From Phoronis australis (taxonomy: Eukaryota > Animalia > Phoronida), in contig NMRA01000349.1 of assembly GCA_002633005.1 (NCBI GenBank), positions 186,001 to 250,000 on the forward strand: a DNA stretch of 64,000 nucleotides, given 5' to 3'. Of the stretch, positions 38,797-51,900 are shown in pieces. Position 1 is the stretch's first letter, and each line of letters starts with the position of its first letter. A program made the position numbers and the translations under genes. Under the pieces are notes generated by a model that was given only the letters and a program-made list of their open reading frames with translations, did not search any database and had not been told where the DNA came from.

Positions 38797-39842
38797 CTGA
38801 GGAATTATTTGATTTGACAATTAAGTTTACATTGACTCTATCTAACAGATTAGCAATTGTGTTAGATTAGTAATTAGTTAATTGGAGTCCCACGTAGCAT
38901 TTTGTTTGGGTACGAAGACTATTTTAGAGATTTTACGAAGCGAGTAAACATTCCTAATTTTTCACAATGTTAATACTTATGACTTGGTGGTTAATTGGTT
39001 CTACAGTTGGTTTTTCTACTGCAAACTCTATTTAGTTCGAAGTCAGTGATTTTGGTTGTCTTTATTGTTGATGGTTGTGATTTTGACGTATGAAAAACAT
39101 TTTGAAATCATGCCTTTGAACTTGTGTTGTGCTATAGTTATCCAAGGCTTTAATTTGAAGCTTGTCAACATCATAAATCATGACAGTGATTTATGTTATT
39201 GTTTCTGCAATTCTCATTGGCGCTGTTAATTCCATGCTCAAATAATAAAGTAAAGTACAAAAAATTCAATTTGTTGTGTGTTCGTGTTAGAAATACGATG
39301 AGCTGCTTTGCCTTGTCCAACATCACGAAGTGAACAACACATCGCTGTGAATTTGGTTCAAAACTGCCTCTAATGGTATTTTCTGTGGCATGCATTACTG
39401 TATTTGGTTTCTTTCCATTGGTAACTAAGACATGAAATCTTGGTAGCAACTTGGGAATCCTGTTATTGTGAAATATGTAAATGCCATCCAGTACACAGGC
39501 TACCTGAACACTACTGAAGCACTCATTAACATAGTTCTGTTCTCATGAACTCGGCTCAACAATTCACAAACAGCACTCACCAACTGCAACAACACACAAA
39601 AATGGAGTCTGCACACAATGTTTACAAGTTTAGACAAAACTTTTTGGGTGACTAAGCCAAGTTCTATTAATCTGACACTGTGGAGGTGAGTAAGCTTTTA
39701 TCGATTCTATGGGCAAGTTTATTATTTAAAAGTGAATTGAATTTGTGAGCATTGGTCGTGTCAGGATCTATGTTTACGACTGGCAGCAGTATTCCAGTAC
39801 TCGTGCGTTGAGCTCGGAGTACTCATCTTCCATCTTCAGATG

Positions 39843-39861
39843 ACGCCACCAGGTGGCACAG
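39843..39861 (+). promoter_or_regulatory. Candidate CTCF site between the convergent 3' ends of ATRR and ING
   Basis: CGCCACCAGGTGGCAC matches the CTCF core CCASYAGRKGGCRS; motif evidence only. Confidence 0.5.
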
Positions 39862-41509
39862 CGTGAGTAATGTTAAAATCCATCAATTTTTAAGTAGCCG
39901 TAAGGTTTTTTTATGTGGACATTTTGCATATTTTAGATGAAGAAGACTCGAGTTACCATTTTATGGACCATAACAGTTTAAGTTTGAACGTTTTAATACT
40001 CTGAAAGTGTCTACTTGCCAGCTTCAGGGACCAGTTCAGGATTTAGCTTGTGAAGCATCATTCTGAATACTGGTTACCAAAACAGCCAAGATCTCAAAGT
40101 AAAATTACTATAGTTTGACCAAAAGCAACAAACTCCCACATCCGTAAGATTTTTAATGCTCAACTGTAGTTGTTAATGATAGAAGTATACATTTATTCCA
40201 CATAAAGGCAAAGTCATAAAAAACCAAGCAGCCTTCAAATAGTAGTTATTACTTGAACGGCTCCTGACCTTATTTATGATAAGTTAAAATATAGAGATGA
40301 TGATTTAAGTATTTATTTACACAATGACAATAAATTTTACAGCGATGAACACATTCATACTAGAGATATGAACCTGCTTATGTAGGACCAACTCCGAAAA
40401 AAGGCTAGAAGTTAGTGACTTGTTCGATTGAAACTGGTCATACAATGAGTGGTAGATACTGATATTAAAAAGTGTAAACATACTCTCATTTTCCTAGCCA
40501 CTATAAAATATGTTCTGGTGCTAAAAATGTCAATTTTCTTCAGGTGCTTATTTGCTCTTCCAAACCATTGCCATTCTTATGACGTTTTTTAAATTGGTAT
40601 TGAATACAAAACATTGGTAGGGATTCCCTCAACGACTCCAATATCTTAGCGCCTCAAACTAACCCAAAGTGACAAGCAACTTGATGTGTCTGGTCTAAGC
40701 AACAACCACCTCGGTTCTCACCTCTAATACGAGCAAGGAACAAAATACGACAGAATTTAAATAAGTGGTCTAATAGACTGGGTTTATTGTCCCTTAAAAC
40801 TCAAACAGGTTCACGTTAATTTCCAACATTTACAGGTTATCCATAATGATTTACAGAGAGCAATCAATTACAGCACAGCCATTTAGGGTGGAAAGTAGAT
40901 GGTTCGTATCTTACATGTTTTAGTGAGGAATACTGTTGGTGAGAACTGTACACGCACAGCATGTAACCACGGTAAGTGTCATTTTTCATCTTCCCACGAC
41001 ATAAGACAACAGCACAGAAATGGTGTTCAATAGACCTCACCGACCAGCTGGATGACACATTTTTACATACATACTTACTTTGTGTTAAGTAAGGGAGACA
41101 CCTGCAGATAAGCTTGTAAGAAACTCCGGTTATCCTTTTTTTAATTTGGCAATTCAATGCAAAATCGCCCTCTGGAATGTCACATGACTTGTAACGATGA
41201 TGGCATTACATATTAAATCGGTTACTTTAAATACCGCTTCCTACCAAAACTGTAACGCTCAGCTTAACAATGTACATGACAAATAAAACTTCAATTCCAA
41301 AGGAAATAGAACGTACAATTTGGCTGCTACGGTTCACCACCTTTTTGAAGCAAACAATTATTCAGTCAATTCCTTAGTTTAGAAAATTCACAAAAAGGAA
41401 ATTTGGAATTCAATACCTACCATCTGTCCATTGCATTTCATAGACCTTAAAAATTTGACAATATATACACAATGTACAATGCAACCCTCACACCAGAACA
41501 TTGCTTCCG

Positions 41510-44500
41510 TTACTTAAGGTCAGGTCGGATGACATTGGGTCGATCGCCACGGCACTCCGGACAGTACCACTTCCCCTTAGGTTTATTCGTCAGGTTGACA
41601 CAGTTAAAGTGGAACCATTCGATCACACACCGTTCATTGTCACATCCGATCATCTCTCCATAGGACACCTGGCGGCACGAGCAGTAGACGGGCTCATCAG
41701 GGTCTATGGCGAAGTTGAGGGGAGACTTGTTACCCTCTTTGTTCTCTTTCTTCACCTTTCTCTTTTTCTTCTTTTTCACCACTTCTTTTGGCTTTTCCTC
41801 CTGAAATGGTCAAATATTAATCCCATGATACAGGGGGTTCACATTGACACTTGGCCTCTTACTACAACCATGGGTCAGTTTTCCTATAGTAGAGCAGGGA
41901 ATTTCCTAATGGGGTTTGAACCAGTCCCCTTTGGGTTCACCAGGTGATTAAAAAGGTGTGCCTTTTTCAAAAAGTTGAACCCACCAGGCTTTGTGTAATA
42001 GAAGTGGTAACATGAAACAGAAACCCAAGAGTGACTTTCATGTAAAAGTTGCATTTTTATTTAAAAATTCCATACAAAAAACAATCTGACAAAGATTGCA
42101 AACAGACTGTTCAGCTGTGGCGGAATAAGAACACACTGGCTGCAAGTAGACTAGAATCTTGCATTTTTGGAAGACGGTTGCATTTTAAAAGATGCTCCTG
42201 GGGGGTGGGAGGGGAGGTACACTGCTGCAATGTACTTGTGCTTTTTATTTTTTGTGCGCTAATGGCAAAAAGGCGCAGTCCAGGATTATCCCTGGTAGAG
42301 TGTACAAGATTAATTCACCATTACTTATGCAATGCTCGGTCACTACAACGGCTATCAGTAAGTCAAATACAAAAATGGGATTCCAGACTATTTCAGACCG
42401 AGCCATTCCCAAATATTTTAATAGGTAACCTCATAGCAGGATTACACTCCCACTCGGATTACACTTCCTTTCGGATTACACTTCCACTCAGATTAAACTT
42501 CCACTAGAATTACACTTCCACTCAGATTAAACTTCCACTAGAATTACACTTCCACTCAGATTAAACTTCCACTAGAATTACACTTCCACTCAGATTAAAC
42601 TTCCACTAGAATTACACTTCCACTCAGATTAAACTTCCCCTAGAATTACACTTCTACTAGGATTACACTTCCACTAGGATTACACTTCCACTCGGATTAC
42701 ACTTCCCTCCCTTCCAGAGCCTCAAGCTAAATCAAACAAACGGAGCTAAAAAGACAACCAGCAGCCTGCCAGCTAACAGAAGACTTGAACGCGTGCCTTA
42801 CAACCCAGAGTTCACAAGCCAGACCATTTTGATATTAAATATTGGAACTTCACTCACTAGCTGTGGCACAGGCTCTTGTTGCTGTTGCTGTTGATGTTGT
42901 GACTTCACTTTCTTCCGTGGAGGAACTAACGGCTCTTCCTCTTTCCTGTTATTGCCCAGCGCCTGTTCAGACGTCTTGCGGCGATGCACCTTTTTCTTCT
43001 CCCTGGTCGGCTGGCTGTGATGATCATGCTCCGATTTTGACGACTTTGACGGCGTCACCGACACCGGTATTGTCTCCGTTTCAGGTTCACGTCCTAATGT
43101 TGGGTCTGTAATAAAGTACAGCATAAAGTATAAGTTTGCCTATTACCGGCAGCACTTTCCATGAGCAGCGTTCGAAATACATGCTCACCTGGTGGCCCGG
43201 GCCAGTGGACTTGCGGCTGGGCCAGTAAATTTTCACATATATAGGCCCTATTTGAATGTGGTCTCATATTCAAGTAACTGGCCCGGTGAGCCAGCATGTT
43301 CATTTGCTGAAGCTCAAACACTGTCCACAAAGCATGTCTAGATAACAAATCACTTCAGTATTCAAGCTAGACAGCACTTGGGAATGTAGACATCCATTGA
43401 AGCACCTGTTTCCAATGCCACCAAAACTGTAATGCATGCGTACACTTGCAAGCTAAAAAAATCCCACGAATTCTAGTGAATGCCATATTGCAAGCAAGTC
43501 AAACCAAGGGTATACTGATCACAGCCGGCAATGCTGTCAAACTAACACAAGCGTAGTGAGAGGGTGTCTAACAAGTTGAACAGAGAACCGTTACCAATTG
43601 ACGCAGGGGCTGGCACACAGACCATAACAAACAAAACATTACCAGCCTCCACCAAACTAAACAACGTCATTTCAATGGCTGTCTAATAGCCAAACCAATT
43701 TCACAAGGGGGGGCTATATAACGGTCAGCAACAATTCAATGAATTCACCTAAATTCTCTAGATCTTGCTCCAACTGCCGTGTCCTGTTTTCAATGTATTC
43801 AATGAGAAGTGAGGACAGTTGTAACTGTTCATCACCTAACTCTTGGCCTTTGATGAGATGTCGCTGTAAAGCTATCGACGCTTTCTTGGACGACACAGAG
43901 TCTGGATTGTTCTCGGCTTCAATCACATCTTTTTGGGCATTGATATCTTTAAGCAACTCTGAAGTATGAACAGTGAATAACGAACAGTGTGAACCACTAG
44001 GAAAAAACATCCTTCATCACTCATGCATGTACCAAAGTAAGATACAGCTTTAAATGGTGGCTAACAATTTGAAGAAGTAATCACAATTGCGATAAGCCTA
44101 AAACAATCAGAAGGGGGCACTGTGGCATTCACAGTTCAACCATAACAACACACACATACATCAAACCAATGATTCAAAAATATAACCTGCTATTCGCAGT
44201 ATCCGATTCTTTACGATTTAGGGGGAATTACTGTTTGAATTTGATACTCTCAGTGGCGACTTCGTGGCAACTTGAGATTTTTCCCAGGACACCAAATGCA
44301 ATCTGAGGTCACATTGGCAACCTGCGGGTCGCCGAATCGAGTGCTGAACGAGGTCTTGAAGACTTGAAGCCTAGCTCAGGAAAATCTCTTGAACTGTCTT
44401 AATTCCTTAGCTCCTCTCATGATACTTTACTCAATGTTAGCACTCGATATGTCTAGTGAATTTGCAAAGAGTGTGGTAACATAAAGGCCCTCTCCTTATC

Positions 44501-45519
44501 ACTTGACTGCGGGCAATTTCTCTTTAGTCAACTGGTTACGATACCTGGCATTGAAGCACGAGACACCAGGTTCGAAAATTGGAACAAGTTGATTTTTCAC
44601 AACACTATCGCCCAATAACAGTACGCATTCATGGCAACAGAGATAGACCACACAGCCTACAGAGTTTGAGAGGCCATTAAAAAGGAGGCCAACCTACTTG
44701 AGGAATTCTAGGGGCCATAACCCCTAATCATTGGATGAGAAAGAGTGTGGTGAATTTACAGTGACTGTGGTAACATTAAGGTCTCTCTTAATCACTCGAC
44801 TACAGGTAAATGCTCAAAACTTAGCTAGTGAAGGATGTGGGGAAAGAAATTGTACTGAGGCAATTCACCAACCCCCTTTGCAGTTCTTCCGTAATGAAAT
44901 TTACACCAAAATCTAGTTTTTGTAACTCAGACATTCATATGACACATACCTTATTCATTACGACCGTTTGCCTTAAAAGGTATATATATTTCACTTAAAC
45001 AGCTGCAATGCGCAAAGTGAGTGTCCGTTGGCTCCCAAATTAATGGGCCAAATTTTACATGCAAAGCTCTACATTGAATTTTCACGACGAGGTGACAAGC
45101 AGAGCTAGCCAGGAGCTGTGAAATTTCGAAGTCTAAGTGAAGTAAACACACAGCAGTTCATAGCCGTATTTTAGCGTTTAAAGCCATATAGGTTACACCT
45201 AGTTGGCCGCCAGGTGGCGCTGTAGTTCAGCCCGAAGTTCGTCTAGATCGGTTTTCAGAATTGAGGCATTTCTGAATTCTGAGTTCAGTTCACTGCAAAT
45301 ATATACTCTCACGAATCTTACGTACTGTCTATGTCAGTAACTTGCTAAACAGTAAAATAAAAACATACTTTACTTACCGTTGTATTGGAAATCTATTTCC
45401 CGCATATGTGAAACAATTCGTTGCAAATCGTCTGGCAGAGTGTCCAATGTATCAAGATAATTTTCTAAATAAGTTCCCGAGCAGAGAGCTTCAACGGCAG
45501 CTTGATTGAGCACCGACAT
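41510..45519 (-). CDS. ING1: Inhibitor of growth protein, ING1/ING2-like, ~296 aa; exons 45519-45378, 43958-43749, 43105-42858, 41800-41510
   Basis: N-terminal ING domain ([27 protein letters not shown]...[10 protein letters not shown]), basic NLS, and PHD finger [56 protein letters not shown] introns; 891 nt in frame. Confidence 0.93.
42438..42706. repeat. 17-bp minisatellite (~16 copies) with a 34-bp dimer in the centre, ING intron 3
   Basis: Units (C/A)GGATTACACTTCCACT; the centre alternates CAGATTAAACTTCCACT and AGAATTACACTTCCACT. Confidence 0.95.
45204..45222 (+). promoter_or_regulatory. Candidate CTCF site in ING intron 1
   Basis: TGGCCGCCAGGTGGCGCTG is near the full CTCF consensus; motif evidence only. 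Confidence 0.6.
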
Positions 45520-45973
45520 CTTTTAGTTTTATTTTTGCGCCAGTGGCGCAATCTCAATCATCTGAATAACCAGAAATGGTTTACAAGAGCAAATCTGTAC
45601 TCAGCAAAACAATCCCGCTCGCGAGTTTCCCTCGTTCCGTCAAGTGACGCAAATGTCGTAAAATATGGCTGCGTATAAAAGTGAAAACAGGCAATAGTAC
45701 AGTATTTATATGAAATTTGAGATAAAATCACAAAAGTTTTAAAAAATATTTTTAAATTGGAAGGTTATATTTAATTTCTTTTATTTAACAACATTTGCTT
45801 ATTTAAAAATATTTAAACAAATTATTTGAAAACAAAATCAATTTTGGACTAAACATTTTGTTATGACTTGACCTATATTTAGAAACATTGAGGGAAATCT
45901 CTGAAAACAGCTGAAGTGTGCAGTGAGTCACGATGATTCTGTTTGAAATTGATTCTTCACTCCTTTCGTGAGA
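45520..45973. promoter_or_regulatory. Putative bidirectional promoter, ING / CARS2
   Basis: Divergent ATGs ~455 bp apart. Contains CTCGCGAG (~45618), TGACGCAA (~45645), YY1-like AATATGGCTGC (~45662) and TATAAAA (~45674). Confidence 0.7.
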
Positions 45974-48900
45974 ATGCAGTCTTCTTCGAAAATGCTTGTG
46001 CGGCATTGCATTAATTCCACACACTGCAGAAATTTACAATCTCAGTGGTCTTTGATTCAGAAAAAATTACGGACTTCAGCAGCCGGTTCGACATGTTCGA
46101 GTTGGGGGAAGGCATTCCGACCTACTTGTAGACTGCCAGATACCGATCGTTTTATCTGTGGTAATAACATTATAAAATCGGTAACTCCTTCGATTTCTTT
46201 TCACTCTTGTAAAACTGTGGCTAACAGGAACTGTGATAATGGCCAATCATTTAAACAGCAGAGAATTCCAACTAGGGTTAAACGAAAGGCACTGAAAGAG
46301 TCAAAGCACGAATCTCGAGGTGCTAAGTGGGTGGTCCCTGATGGTAGGGACACGGGTGTGATGATTTACAACTCACTGACAAAAAAGAAAGTACCACTCA
46401 TCCTGCCTCTTGGGAGATTGGCTTCTTGGTAGGTGGCAACTACTGTTGACTTTTGTTCTTATCAGCTAAGTTGAATGTTTAATTTAACGTTTAAATTTGT
46501 GATTAATGAATGTTTTACTAATTAAACTCATTAGAGTAAACTGAATTATAACAGGATTTGGCGAAAGTCTATTTAATCTAAGCTTATTGTTTTTAGCTTA
46601 AACTTTGTTGAACGTAGATAAGTTAAAAGTGTTCTGAATCGTGATCATGTATAACTATGCGTTGAATATTCTCGTATTGCAGCGCAAGACAATGTTAGAA
46701 TTCCTAAACATTGCAACAATGTATTAATTGCACCAAGAGCGAATCCAATGTTCGCCTTCGCAAGTTTAAAAATCAAGTGTATGTTTAAATAAGAAATAGT
46801 ATTCACTATTTGATATCATAGAATGGGTATCGCTATCCTAAGCTACAGAAACTTGCTTGACACACAGGCATTGACAGTAATGTCTACTGTCATTGCTGTT
46901 AACTGACCATTAGACTCGTTTTAAATGTGTGTTTGCTTTCCTTGGTCTTCTAACAAGCATCAGTCCCTTTAGTACATAATTTAAACGGTTTGATCTCTTC
47001 ACAGGTACATCTGTGGTCCAACAGTTTATGATCACTCCCACATAGGTCATGGTTGGTGAGTACTGCCACCAGTAGCGTGCAGAAGCGGGGGTGGTGGGGC
47101 AACAGTCCCGGGCAACTACATCTGGGAATATACTTTTTTGAAATTGTGACTGATTTGTAGTTATATTGAATAAAAAGTTTATATTTTATGTTTTATCTGT
47201 TTTAGTTTTGTAAGTGCTTGGGTGCATTTGAGCAGACAGCCAGGGCCATCCAATAAATAATCATGCCAGGCATGCTACCGACTGCCACTGAATATCAACA
47301 ATCTGCCTGTTAAAGAAATGGGCCAAACAGATGAATGACACACCATTAACAATTGTATTTTTCTAATGATGAACGTAACTATAAATGGCTTTGGTTCCTA
47401 AAACATTTGATATCATATCTGGTTTAGGGGCCCCCTCAGCCATAAAAATGGGATGCTTGCAATTTTCAAGTTAGCTTCAGATGTTTGCCTCAGGAAACTG
47501 TCGTTGTCTCTCTCACTGTAGGTACAATTGTAGATTTGCCAGGTAAACATCAGATGTTTGTCTCATTCTGTGGCCATTTCAGAGTGGTTTACTAAAAATC
47601 TGTCTCTTCAGTTGAGTTTTCCTGTACACCCATTATTTTTTGTCACAGCACAATTCTAAAAGCTGTCTAAACCCCAGTAAAAATGCCTTTTCTTTGGTTT
47701 CTCATTTTTGTTTTTAACTAAAAATTCAGAATAGGGATTAAGTGATTTCAAAATGGTGACATAGTTTTGTCACTTCTTGTATATCATGACATAGTCACAG
47801 CGGATTTTGTCTTTTCAATCATAATTGAATTGTGGTATTTATTGCCAATTGGTAAATGATTTGAAGTTGAACAGTTGGTCACTGTTTTGGCTACAGCAGT
47901 CCATGATGGGAGTTGATATCAGTGTTTTCCCTGCACATTGTGGAAATTTTATTTTCTCTTTTTTGCATACAAGATACATACCTCTGAAGTAATGTTTTTA
48001 CATGTTCAATAGCTACCACCAGGCATTATTTTGCAAAATGGCATCCGTTCACGATAATTTAAGAGGCCCTTGAAAGATAAAAACAATGTAATTTTGGCAA
48101 TTATTTTTGTTCCAAATTGTGAGATTTTCCCCATGCTTTGAATGTATAATATCTGGTTCTATTAATATTACGTTTTCACTCCTTTACATTTGTCTGTTTT
48201 TGCTGTTCTAGTACATATGTCAGGTTTGACGTACTTCGACGGATCCTCTCTGCATACTTCAACATTGAGGTTGTCTTAACCATGGGCATCACAGATATCG
48301 ATGATAAGATTATACAACGGGCTAATGAGGTAAGACAAATTCTGACTACTTTCCTGTTGAGTTTTGGTAGATATCAGTGTGATGCGACTACTGTTTTGTG
48401 TGCATGTTTTACAGTTTTTCTATATAGTACTCGCCATAAGTTAAAGTATTCAGACAAAATAATCTGTGATTCCCTGTCATGATGATTGCGCGTAAACTGA
48501 ATTCGCCATCAAAGTAGCGTCTCTCGTCATCCAGAATGAAGGTGAATCAGCGGGAATGATACAAAGGTGGCTAAGCCATTCTGTAATTAGAACTTTGCTG
48601 ATATGGAAGTCGTTACCAGAAATTTTTACTGTTCACTTTAATGAGCCATCATGACGGTAAACAGTATTCGGAGCCAAGCTGTAATAGTAGTTCAGTCACT
48701 GTTTCTTGTAGAGGGCTTGTCAAGTGATCTGATTGGTTCACTAAGATAAGAACAGTTCAATAGTTGTGTTGGTTAAGCTCATTATCTGCTCTCTTTGGTG
48801 TAGATTAGATGTTGTTGTTTTGATTGTGATATTGTGATTTCAGATGAACGTGGATCCTCTTGTGTTAGCTCGACAGTTTGAGAATGATTTCCATAAAGAC

Positions 48901-51900
48901 ATGGCTGCTTTGAAGGTGCTGCCCCCTACAGTCACACTTAGGGTTACAGAGGTCATCCCCAACATTATTGACTACATTCAGACAATTCTGGACAATGGAT
49001 GTGCTTATAGAACACCATCAGGTAAACTGTATAGTAAACACTGTTCAGTGTTTGATAATTTTGAGTGCAAATCTGTATGACTTGTAACGTTTTTTGTTAG
49101 AGCTGCCTTATGTATGATGTCGTGTTTTAAAAGATCTGAATATTTTGTCTAGAATATATTTTGGAGATTTTATTAAGGTTAACGTTATTTTTTAATTATC
49201 CACAGCACTGTGGAGTGGATAAGATCCATTGATTGCATTTCAGGTTCTATTTGCTGCTGTGAACTGAATTTATTCCTGTTCAAATCGGTAGTTGATGATT
49301 TTGTCTTGTCCTGATTTTTGGTGGTAGATTAAATGTTATGTAAAACATTTAAACTATACCTTTTGAAGGAGTTCGAAGTACATGACCTTTTTACTGTATT
49401 GTTTTCTGTGACAGGTTAATTAGCATTCAAAATAATATTCTGTGACCTAACAAAATTGCATGATTTCTAACCAAACAACTGGTTTTACCTTCAGGCAGTG
49501 TATACTTCAATGTTGATGAGTATGGGCGATATGGTAAACTGCGGCCACAGAGTGATGAAGAGGATTGTAGACTTGGGGAGTCAAGTAAGTTGTGACAGTG
49601 ACTTGTATGAGCTGCTGTTGGGGCAATGAAATACTGGCAGACAATTTGTTTATTTTGAAGCAACTTTGTTCTGGAGGTCTTTTTTGGGTGACAAAGTTGA
49701 AAAAGTCGTCATGGTAATTCATTCTGGATCAAACCTTAAGTAACCATGTGTGATGCAAATTGCTATGATTCTTAACTACTTTGCTCAATAAACACTGCAT
49801 AAATACCGAGCTGCATAAAGTTGTTCTCTCTGACTGTACTTTCTCCAATATATGTTGAGATAACTTTCAATTCAGAGCGATTTTTAAATGTGTTGTTGTG
49901 TGATTATCTGGTGACTTCACAGATAACTTGGTTATGTGAAAATAATATGACAGAAAACAAACACTTGTCACCTGAATTGATTGCACGAGTCCACAGTTAC
50001 ATGGTTCTGGTTTCAAATATGACAAAGCAACCAACATAGAAAAATAAAAGATTGAATGTGAGTCTGAAAATGTATTGATTGAATTCACTGTTAGATTAGC
50101 AAATCTTGTGCATGAAAGTTTCACAAGACGTGTATCCGATCATGCTGACATTAAATCTGACCGCTTAGAATGCAAGGTTACACAAGCAGCAAGTTATCTG
50201 TGATGACACTGGATATTTACGATGCGACAAACAATCCACAGTGCATTTAAAAAACAATAGCAGCGCTATATATGAATCACTCCCTAATTAGAACATGTCT
50301 GTGGTTTTGTCTCTGTCTTTATTTAAAGTTCTGTTTTCATGATTTCAGATGACATGGAAAAAAAGAATCCACGGGACTTTGCCTTGTGGAAAACTGCAAA
50401 GCCCGGTGAGCCATGTTGGAACTCTCCATGGGGTAAAGGTCGCCCTGGCTGGCATATTGAGTGCTCCACAATGGCAAGGTAGGGTGCAATATGATATTGT
50501 GTTATAATATCTGTTTTCCATGTTGCAGCAATATTATGAAATATGGTTTAATGCTGAATATTGATTGAGTCAAGAATGTTCAGTGCCACCTATAGTTGGC
50601 TCCTGTGATTTTGATGGAGATTTAAAGCTTTGTACCCCTGTTAGCAGCCAATCCAAGGTTTTAGAAGAGTTGGCAATAACCGTTGCTTTTCTTTTATAGT
50701 GACGTGTTTGGTCAACACCTTGACATCCACTCAGGGGGTCAAGACTTGGAGTTCCCCCATCACGAAAATGAACTGGCCCAAAGTCAGGCATACTTTTGTT
50801 GTGAACAGTGGGGAAACTACTGGTTGCATAGTGGTAACTCATTCATTTTATCATGTGACATTTTGTTTAGTAAGTGCGCTAAGTTGTCTGCTGTGCGTTT
50901 ATGTTTGTGAATCACGGTATGCTGAGATAATTTTAATCACAATAGATGTGTAGTATAACTTTTTCATGTCACTGAGGTTACAATGTCTCATTTAAAGAGC
51001 TAATGACTTGAAACAGCATTTAAAAACTTTTTGTCCACCAGGACATCAGCAAATGTAATATTGTACATTCTTTGTTGTAAATGAAAAATTTGAAATGACA
51101 AAATTGCAATACTGAGTAAAGTATCATTTTTTCATGTCATTGAGATTACAATTTCATTTAAAGAACCAATGTCTTGGCTTCAAAAGAGCATTATTTAAAC
51201 ACCAGAGGATATCTGTAAATACCACACATTCTTTGCAGTAAATGCTATCTAGTTGCTATGAATTTGTACTCCTATGGTGAAAGTTGTTTCTTATTTGTGT
51301 TTTTCATTAGTAAGAATTAAAATGTTTTAGGAAAAATGTAAAAAATAGAACCACATGTTTTGCATTATGTCCAGATTTTGCTAATTTTGTAACATTTCTA
51401 AAATGGCGAATCGAAATCATATCAAACTTTCAGATACCGTGTTTTATTTGCTGATCTCAAAAAGGCTGTGAGGAATTCTTTTTAGAGTGGTCTGCTTTTT
51501 AAAGAGGGACTATTACGATTTTTAGATTTTTAAAAAAATATTAAAAAGTTGCATAAAACAAAAATGGAATGATACTCCATCTTGAAATTTATATCAAACA
51601 AAATTTGGTCAATGTTATTGATGCCATTGTTTTGCTATGACTGTACCATTCTTTTTTGCTAAATTTTTCTAAGATGTGATCACCTGACCCAATCAATGGC
51701 CGATTGGTAAGAAGTCAAAAATCAAATTCTACTGACTTTCTACTTTCAAAAAATGTATACTTTTACTGCTTAAATTATGTAGTTTGTATATGTTTTGCTG
51801 AATGCCCAGAATTGTCGATAAAGTTCAAAATAACCTAACTATTTTCGCAAATCATTTCATTTTTAGGACATTTACACAAAGTTAACGAAACTGAAAAGAT

